Source: Fusobacteriota bacterium
GTDB taxonomy: Bacteria > Fusobacteriota > Fusobacteriia > Fusobacteriales > JBNJFI01
Length of the DNA stretch: 14,269 nucleotides
Direction of reading: 5' to 3'
Assembly: GCA_051746725.1 (NCBI GenBank)
Contig: JBNJFI010000035.1
Coordinates: 2,672-16,940 of the forward strand
Position 1 is the first letter of the stretch, and every line of letters starts with the position of its first letter. The notes beneath the pieces are model-generated. The model saw only the letters and a program-made list of their open reading frames with translations, ran no database searches and had not been told where the DNA came from. This document shows, piece after piece, positions 7,981 through 14,269 of this stretch. The translations under genes were made by a program, and so were the position numbers.

Positions 7981-9525
7981 ATGGGGATAAAATTATCCAT
8001 AAGAAAAAAATTAATACTTGTATTTATATTAATAATGCTACTAACTTTAGGGGTTTCCTCTTTATTTAGTAGTTTATTTTTAGGTAAATTTTCAATTTAC
8101 AATAATAAAAAAGGATTAAAAAAATTAGCAGTAAATCTTAAAACAGGATACATTAATAATTCAGATGTGAATATTGAAGAAATATTATATAAAGAAAATG
8201 TGAAAATAGATGTAATAAAGATAAACAAAAATGGAGAAAAACTTGATATTGAACCAATAGAAAGATATGGAGTTCCTGAATTTGAAAAGCAAAAAGATAT
8301 GATGAAAGGTTTTTCAAAAATGAGAGACAGGCGAAAATCTTTAGAATATGGTTTTTTTAGAAAATTAACAAAAAAAGATCTAAAAAAACTGGAAGAAGGC
8401 AAAGAAATAATAAAAATCGATAATCATTTTTTAGCTAATAATGAGTTTATGATTTTAATAACTCGACTTAAAGAAAATAGGTATTTGGTTATATCTCGAG
8501 CAATTTTTCCCATTCAAAAAGCAGCAGAATTTTCAAAAAGATTTTTTACATATTCTTTAATTATATCATTAATAATAGGTATAATCATAATAAGTCTGAC
8601 ATCTAAAAAAATAACTCATCCAATTTTGAATCTAAATGATATAACAAAGAAAATTTCAAAATTTGATTTTACAACTAGAAGTAATATAAAATCTGGAGAT
8701 GAAATAGAAGAATTGGGAAATAATATAAATACATTGTCCATGGAACTAAAAAATAAAATAGATGAATTGAATCAAGCTAACAAGAAGTTAAAAAAAGATA
8801 TAAAATTAAAAGATAGGTTAGCTCAAAAAAGGAAAGAATTCATTTCAAACATATCTCATGAGTTAAAAACTCCAATAGCAATAATTGGAGGATATGCTGA
8901 AGGATTACAAGATAATATAATTGAAGATGAAGATAGTAAGAACTTCTATGCAGAAACTATATTAGATGAAACTAAAAACATGTCTAGATTAGTTGAGGAG
9001 TTATTAGAATTATCTAAGTTAGAAAGTGACAGTATTAAATTCAAAAAAGATAATTTTGACATATATGGGATAACAAAAAAGATAATTGAAAAATATAAAT
9101 TTTTAAATAAAAATAAAATAAAATTTGAAATAATAACAGAAGGTTTTACAAAAAAGGGGAATAAACAAAAAAGTATTAATATAATGGCAGATAAAAATAA
9201 AATAGAAGAAGTTATAAAAAATTATATTTCAAATGCTGTTAAAAATGTAAATGAAAATGGTATAATAAGAATATTAATTAGCAAAAAAGTTGTATATCAA
9301 GGAAATCAGATTAGAGTTGAAGTGTATAACACTGGCAGTCATATAAAAAAAGAAATTTTTGAAGATATTTGGATTCCATTTTATAAAATAGACAAATCAC
9401 GAAAAAGAAAAGGAGAAGGAACAGGTTTAGGTCTTGCTATAGTAAAAAGTATTATAAAAAAACATGGGGGGACTACCGGAGTTGAAAACACAGAAAATGG
9501 AGTAATTTTTTATTTTGAAATTTAA
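7981..9525 (+). CDS. Membrane sensor histidine kinase (2 TM, extracytoplasmic sensor, HAMP, HisKA, HATPase)
   Basis: Two TM helices; HAMP (ITHPILNL...DEIEELGNNIN); H-box SHELKTP (His codon 8857); N-box NYISNAVK; PFYK...GTGLGLAIVK. ATG 7981 follows RBS GAGGTGG and the regulator's stop codon. Confidence 0.95.
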   Translation: MGIKLSIRKKLILVFILIMLLTLGVSSLFSSLFLGKFSIYNNKKGLKKLAVNLKTGYINNSDVNIEEILYKENVKIDVIKINKNGEKLDIEPIERYGVPEFEKQKDMMKGFSKMRDRRKSLEYGFFRKLTKKDLKKLEEGKEIIKIDNHFLANNEFMILITRLKENRYLVISRAIFPIQKAAEFSKRFFTYSLIISLIIGIIIISLTSKKITHPILNLNDITKKISKFDFTTRSNIKSGDEIEELGNNINTLSMELKNKIDELNQANKKLKKDIKLKDRLAQKRKEFISNISHELKTPIAIIGGYAEGLQDNIIEDEDSKNFYAETILDETKNMSRLVEELLELSKLESDSIKFKKDNFDIYGITKKIIEKYKFLNKNKIKFEIITEGFTKKGNKQKSINIMADKNKIEEVIKNYISNAVKNVNENGIIRILISKKVVYQGNQIRVEVYNTGSHIKKEIFEDIWIPFYKIDKSRKRKGEGTGLGLAIVKSIIKKHGGTTGVENTENGVIFYFEI

Positions 9526-9534
9526 TAAATAAAT

Positions 9535-9563
9535 TTGATTTTTATTAATAAATAAGTTAAACT
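9535..9563 (+). promoter_or_regulatory. Possible sigma70 promoter for the solute-binding protein gene
   Basis: TTGATT (9535-9540), 17-nt spacer, TAAACT (9558-9563). The AT-rich context makes a chance match possible. Confidence 0.35.
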
Positions 9564-9642
9564 TAATTAAAGGAAAACAAAAATTAAGAAATAAGAAATA
9601 AAAATAAAAAATACTTTCTGATAATCAAAAAAGGAGGAAGAA

Positions 9643-10413
9643 ATGAAGAAAAATGTTATTATATTATTTTTCATCTTAATTAATATATCTTTTTCTGATC
9701 ATATTTCTGATCTTAGGATAATGACGGAAAATTATCCACCTTATAATTTTGAAGAAAATGGAAAAGCAATCGGTATTTCTTCTGATCTTATGGGAGAAAT
9801 GTTGCATATATTAGATGCAGATATTAGCCAAGACGATATAGATGTTTTACCGTGGGCTAGAGGATATCATATTATTAAAAATAGCCCTAATGCAGTTTTA
9901 TTTTCTACAACTAGAACTAATAAAAGAGAAAACCATTTTAAATGGGTTGGACCAATTATTGATACGGAGAATGTACTGTTAGCCAAAAAAGAAAAACAAA
10001 TTGAAATCAACTCATATGAAGATATAAATAATTATATCGTAGGCGGAGTTACAAATGATGCAGCAGTCGAAATACTTTTAAGCAATGGTGTAAATGAAAG
10101 AAAAATAGAAACTGTTCCAGATCCTATTTTCAATATCCGAAAAATTAGAATAGATAGAATTGACTTAATAGCTTATAATAAAATAACTTTAAATTGGCTT
10201 ATGAGCGAAAGCAATATAAAGCTTGAGGACTATGAAGTTGTATTTTCTATAAGTGAGAAATCAGAGGAATTGTATTATGCTTTTAACAAAAATATTAGTG
10301 ATGAAATTGTATCGAAATTTCAAAATGCCTTAAATCAATTAAAAAGAAAACAGAATGATAAAAAAATGAGTCGATATGAAGAGATAATAATAAAATATTT
10401 AAAAAATAATTAA
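9643..10413 (+). CDS. Extracytoplasmic solute-binding protein, family 3 (amino-acid ABC SBP-like), with no adjacent permease
   Basis: Signal peptide; TENYPPYNF, LPWARG, FSTTRTNKRENHFKWVGP, RIDLIA and LYYAFNK motifs; RBS AGGAGG at 9632-9637. Confidence 0.88.
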   Translation: MKKNVIILFFILINISFSDHISDLRIMTENYPPYNFEENGKAIGISSDLMGEMLHILDADISQDDIDVLPWARGYHIIKNSPNAVLFSTTRTNKRENHFKWVGPIIDTENVLLAKKEKQIEINSYEDINNYIVGGVTNDAAVEILLSNGVNERKIETVPDPIFNIRKIRIDRIDLIAYNKITLNWLMSESNIKLEDYEVVFSISEKSEELYYAFNKNISDEIVSKFQNALNQLKRKQNDKKMSRYEEIIIKYLKNN

Positions 10414-10442
10414 AGCAGAGGATTTTCATCCTCTGTTTTCTT
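10412..10442 (+). terminator. Rho-independent terminator after the SBP gene
   Basis: AAAGCAGAGGAT-tttc-ATCCTCTGTTTT followed by CTT. Confidence 0.75.
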
Positions 10443-10502
10443 ATACAATCTGATATTTTAAAAAATTATAGACAAAGCTTATCTTATTTGTAGATGTTAT
10501 AG

Positions 10503-10531
10503 TTGCAAATTAAGACTAATTATAGTATAAT
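10503..10531 (+). promoter_or_regulatory. Sigma70-type promoter for the hybrid kinase
   Basis: TTGCAA (10503-10508), 17-nt spacer, TATAAT (10526-10531). Confidence 0.65.
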
Positions 10532-10575
10532 AATAGTAGTTGTTTATATTTAGAACATTAAGGGGTGTAAAAAAG

Positions 10576-13500
10576 ATGAAAAAAATAATTAAATATTTTC
10601 TTGATCCGGCTTTTATTATCGATATAAGAAATTTGGATATTATAGAAGTGAATGAAAAAGTTATTTTAGATTTGTCTTTTCCACTTGATAGATTAATTGG
10701 AGAAAAAGTATCAAATATAATTGATCTTTCAATTGATGATTTAAAAAATCATAAACATAAAAAACCTAAGATTTATGATACTATTATACGAGACTTTAAT
10801 AATAATAATATAAAAGTAGAATTATCAGTACAGATTTTAGATGAAAATAAGAATTATGCAATTGTTTCATACAAAAGGCTAGAAAACAAATATTTAAAAG
10901 GAAAAACAAATATTCATAGAAGATTGATGGGGGTTTGGAATGTAAATAAACTTATTATTCGTGAGAAAAATAAAGATAAATTATTAGAGGAAATTTGTCA
11001 AATACTTATCGATTCTAGAGGATATATAGAAAGCTTAATTTATATTGATGAAGAGAATAAATGTAAAATTTTTTCATCGAATCCAAATAAATATAAAGGA
11101 ATCGAGAAAAATATAAATGATTATAATAAACTATATAATCAAAGTTTTAATAATAACATTTTACATATGCGATTAGATGATAAAATATTAGAAAAAACTA
11201 TATTTTATGAAAAAGGAACAAATAAAGAATTATGGGGAAGTTCTTTAAGATATGAAGATAAAAAATTTGGAGTTATTTTCTTAATAACAAATGAAACAAT
11301 ATCAAATTCAAGAGAAGAAATGAAAATTTTTAATGAACTACGGCAAGATATATCTTTTGCTTTATTTTCAATAGAAAGAGAAGAAGAACTAAGGAAGAAT
11401 CATGAAGAAATAATTAAACAGGAAAATATTTTGGAGAAATTTTTCCAAAATTCTCATATTGGATTTTTTTTCATGATGCTAGATAAACCAATCGATTGGA
11501 AAAAATATAAGACTGAAAATGAGATTAATAAGATTTTAGAATATGTTTTTGATCACCAAAGGATGACAAAAGTAAATAAAGCCATGCTAAAACAATATCA
11601 CTCTACAGAAGAAGAGATGCTAGGTAGTACCCCTAGAGATAGTTTTGAAAATAATATTAATTATGGTAAAAAAAGATGGAAAACCTTTTTTGATAAAGGA
11701 TATTTACATATTGAAACAGAAGAAAAAAGACGAGATGGAACTTCTGTTTTTATAAAGGGAGATTATATATGTCTTTATGATAATAAAGGAAGAATAACAG
11801 GTCATTTTGGAATACAAGAAGAAGTAACAGAGCAAAAGGAAACTAAAGAAAAATTAGAAGAAAGCGAAAATTATTTGAAAAGAATATTAGATACTGCAAA
11901 TGAAGGGTTTTGGTCAATAAATAGTGAATATAAAACAAAAGATGTGAATAATAAAATGTGTGATATATTGGGTTTACCTAAAGAAGAACTTATTGGGAAA
12001 AAGATATGGGATTTTGTTGATTCAGAGAATAAAACTATACTTGAATGTGAAATGGATATAAGATGTAATGCTAAGAGTTCTGTATATGAATTAGAATTAA
12101 AAAATATAAAAAAAGGATCAGTAAAATGCCTTTTTAATGCGACTCCCTTACATGATGAATCTAAAAACTTAAATGGATTTTTTGCAATGGTAACAGATAT
12201 AACCGAAATGAGAGAAACTCAAACTAAAGCAAAAGAATATCTTAATAAATTAGAAAAAGCTCAACAAGTTGCTAATATGGGGTTTGCTAACTGGAATATT
12301 AAGACAAAAAAGGTGGAACTTTCTAATGAGGCTGTGAAGATCTTAGGCCTTTCCCAAAAGAAAAAAAACTATGATAAAGATGAAATATTAAAATATATTC
12401 ATATTGATGATGAGAAAGAAGCTAGAGAAAATTTAAAATTGGCAGTTAAAGGGAAAATAGATTTTGATATGGATATTAGAGTTATTAATGCCAAAAAAGA
12501 GCATCTATACTTACATACTCAAGCTGAATTAGTTAAAGATAAAGAAGGAAATCCTGTTAGTCTTTTAGGTACAATACTAAATATTACTTCTAGAAAAGAT
12601 TACGAGGAAGAAATATTAAGATTATATGAAGCCATTGATCAGTCGCCAATTCCAGTTGCATTATTAAATTTAGATGGAAAATTTATATATATAAATCCTA
12701 GATATTCTCAGTTATCTGAATATTCAAGAGAAGAGTTACTGGGAAAGATTACTATAAAAGATGATGATAAATACCCTGAGGATTTTTCAAGAAAAATCTG
12801 GGATACATTAGAAGCTAATAAAGTGTGGAAGGGTGAAATAGTTAGTATCAAAAAAGGGGGAGAAGAATATCTTGAAGATGTTACAATAGCTCCTGTTTTT
12901 AATAAAAATGGTGTAAAAACTAGTTATGTAAAGGTTTCTAGAGATATTACCGCTCAAAGAAAATTAGAAGATGAACTTATTTTCGCAAAGGAAAAAGCAG
13001 AAGAAAGCGATAGGTTGAAATCAGCTTTTTTGGCAAATGTAAGTCATGAAATAAGGACTCCATTAAATGGTATCCAGGGAATAAGTCAGATTTTACTTGA
13101 TGAAATAAAAAATAGAAGTCATAGACATTATTTGTCTTTGTTGCAAAAAAGTGCAGATAGATTAGAAGAAACTATTAATGATGTTTTAAGTATAGCTAAA
13201 ATAGAATCTGAAGAAGTAAAAATAGAAAAAGAAAACTTTTCATTAAATGAAATGATAGATGAAATATATGGGGTTTATAAATCTCAGGTATCTAATATTA
13301 ATATTAAAAAAGAAGTACCATTAAATAATCTGATGATAAAAAATGATAAGCAAAAGATAGGAAACATTCTTAATAATTTAATGGGAAATGCTGTAAAATT
13401 CACTTTAAAAGGTGAAGTAACTATAGGTTATGATTTTGATAGTAAGTTTGTGACGTTTTTTATAAAAGATACAGGTGTTGGAATTCCAGATGGGTATCAA

Positions 13501-14103
13501 GATAAAATATTTCAAAGATTTAGACAAGTAGATCTTGATTATACAAGAGATTTTGAAGGTACTGGACTAGGTCTTTCAATTGTCAAAGAGTTGGTAAAAA
13601 TATTAGAAGGGGAAATTTGGTTTGAATCAGAATTAGGAAAGGGGACTACCTTTTTTGTAAAGATTCCTTCTACAGTATCTATATCCATCAAAAATTCAAA
13701 TGCATATAAAGAGATACCAAAATATAATACAGAAAAGTTGAAAGGCAAAAAAGTTTTAATTGCAGAGGATAATAAAATAAACTTTCTGATATTAGAAGAA
13801 AATTTGATAGAATCAGGGATGAAAACTATACATGCAGCCAATGGAAAAGAGGCAGTAGAGTTATTTAAACGCCATAAAGATATAGACATAATTTTAATGG
13901 ATATAAAGATGCCAATAATGGGTGGCATAGAAGCAACTATAAAAATAAAAAAAATAAATTCTAAAATACCGATTATTGCACAAACTGCTTATGCTATGCT
14001 AGAAGATAAAGAAAAGATTCTTTTGGCAGGATGTGATGGATACATTATAAAACCAATAAAAATAAATCGACTATTAGAAGAATTAAACAAATTCTTGAGT
14101 TAA
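10576..14103 (+). CDS. Cytoplasmic hybrid sensor histidine kinase/response regulator (PAS, GAF-like, about 4 further PAS/PAC, HisKA, HATPase, REC)
   Basis: No TM segment seen. PAS/PAC ends (GIQEEVTE, MVTDITE, ILNITSRK, SRDITAQR); H-box FLANVSHEIRTPLNGI (His codon 13045); NLMGNAVKFT, DTGVGI and GTGLGLSIVK; REC domain IAEDN, ILMDIKMP, KPI. RBS AGGGGTG at 10561-10567 supports ATG 10576. Confidence 0.93.
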   Translation: MKKIIKYFLDPAFIIDIRNLDIIEVNEKVILDLSFPLDRLIGEKVSNIIDLSIDDLKNHKHKKPKIYDTIIRDFNNNNIKVELSVQILDENKNYAIVSYKRLENKYLKGKTNIHRRLMGVWNVNKLIIREKNKDKLLEEICQILIDSRGYIESLIYIDEENKCKIFSSNPNKYKGIEKNINDYNKLYNQSFNNNILHMRLDDKILEKTIFYEKGTNKELWGSSLRYEDKKFGVIFLITNETISNSREEMKIFNELRQDISFALFSIEREEELRKNHEEIIKQENILEKFFQNSHIGFFFMMLDKPIDWKKYKTENEINKILEYVFDHQRMTKVNKAMLKQYHSTEEEMLGSTPRDSFENNINYGKKRWKTFFDKGYLHIETEEKRRDGTSVFIKGDYICLYDNKGRITGHFGIQEEVTEQKETKEKLEESENYLKRILDTANEGFWSINSEYKTKDVNNKMCDILGLPKEELIGKKIWDFVDSENKTILECEMDIRCNAKSSVYELELKNIKKGSVKCLFNATPLHDESKNLNGFFAMVTDITEMRETQTKAKEYLNKLEKAQQVANMGFANWNIKTKKVELSNEAVKILGLSQKKKNYDKDEILKYIHIDDEKEARENLKLAVKGKIDFDMDIRVINAKKEHLYLHTQAELVKDKEGNPVSLLGTILNITSRKDYEEEILRLYEAIDQSPIPVALLNLDGKFIYINPRYSQLSEYSREELLGKITIKDDDKYPEDFSRKIWDTLEANKVWKGEIVSIKKGGEEYLEDVTIAPVFNKNGVKTSYVKVSRDITAQRKLEDELIFAKEKAEESDRLKSAFLANVSHEIRTPLNGIQGISQILLDEIKNRSHRHYLSLLQKSADRLEETINDVLSIAKIESEEVKIEKENFSLNEMIDEIYGVYKSQVSNINIKKEVPLNNLMIKNDKQKIGNILNNLMGNAVKFTLKGEVTIGYDFDSKFVTFFIKDTGVGIPDGYQDKIFQRFRQVDLDYTRDFEGTGLGLSIVKELVKILEGEIWFESELGKGTTFFVKIPSTVSISIKNSNAYKEIPKYNTEKLKGKKVLIAEDNKINFLILEENLIESGMKTIHAANGKEAVELFKRHKDIDIILMDIKMPIMGGIEATIKIKKINSKIPIIAQTAYAMLEDKEKILLAGCDGYIIKPIKINRLLEELNKFLS

Positions 14104-14114
14104 TATATAATATT

Positions 14115-14180
14115 TCATAATGAAAAATACTCTATTTGGTGATAATTATAAAATTACTCAAATAGAGTATTTTCATATGA
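14115..14180. terminator. Long imperfect inverted repeat downstream of the hybrid kinase (probable terminator, possibly bidirectional)
   Basis: Perfect 15-bp arms AAAATACTCTATTTG (14124-14138) and CAAATAGAGTATTTT (14159-14173), extendable outward (TCAT.ATG / CAT.ATGA) and inward (TAATT / AATTA). Confidence 0.6.
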
Positions 14181-14269
14181 TAAAACTAAAAATATTTTTT
14201 AGCCAACTATGACTAGGTGAAATTAATATCTTGTGGAATTCTTGAAAATATGACGTATCTGAGTTATAA

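Noticed and set aside
6791..8402. Minus-strand ORFs 6791-7126, 7409-7777, 7651-7839 and 8097-8402
   Set aside because: All are antisense to well-supported AEC, regulator or kinase genes, with S/F/I/L-rich shadow composition.
7326..9525. Naming the two-component system phoBR, vanRS, cssRS or cpxRA
   Set aside because: Family motifs are generic, there are no pst/phoU or van genes nearby, and orthology cannot be assigned by eye.
9585..9612. Degenerate tandem TAAGAAA/TAAAAA repeats upstream of the SBP gene
   Set aside because: Low-complexity A-rich sequence expected at this base composition; too short and irregular for a VNTR or operator call.
10540..10575. ORF-track TTG start of the hybrid kinase at 10540
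   Set aside because: It has no RBS and sits at the predicted transcription start; ATG 10576 has the RBS AGGGGTG.
13539..13928. Minus-strand 129-aa ORF
   Set aside because: Antisense shadow of the conserved HATPase/REC region.
1..14269. CRISPR arrays, tRNA/rRNA, IS or prophage genes, known defence systems
   Set aside because: No spaced direct-repeat arrays, no GC-rich structural RNA stretch and no transposase, integrase or nuclease motifs were seen; intergenic regions are short.

Overview
AT-rich bacterial chromosomal window with all credible complete genes on the + strand. The aldolase N-terminus looks Fusobacteriota-like, but that is recall and was not verified by search. Gene order: 3' end of an unknown gene; secreted M6-family (immune inhibitor A-like) zinc metalloprotease with a C-terminal dockerin-like duplicated Ca-loop; small putative lipoprotein with a cohesin-like beta-sandwich; DUF2344/TIGR03936 radical-SAM-associated protein; serS; short EcfT/CbiQ-like membrane protein; class II fructose-bisphosphate aldolase with promoter and terminator; secreted Spy/CpxP/ZraP-like LTxxQ protein behind a Pho-box-like direct repeat; AEC family transporter; OmpR/PhoB response regulator and HAMP sensor kinase; orphan family-3 solute-binding protein; large cytoplasmic multi-PAS/GAF hybrid histidine kinase; long terminal hairpin. 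The best candidate for an undescribed system is the adjacent protease-dockerin plus lipoprotein-cohesin pair, a minimal non-cellulosomal cohesin-dockerin tether for a protease. The second is a probable Cpx/Zra-like envelope-stress module with an identifiable activator site. No mobile elements, CRISPR arrays or structural RNA genes were recognised.
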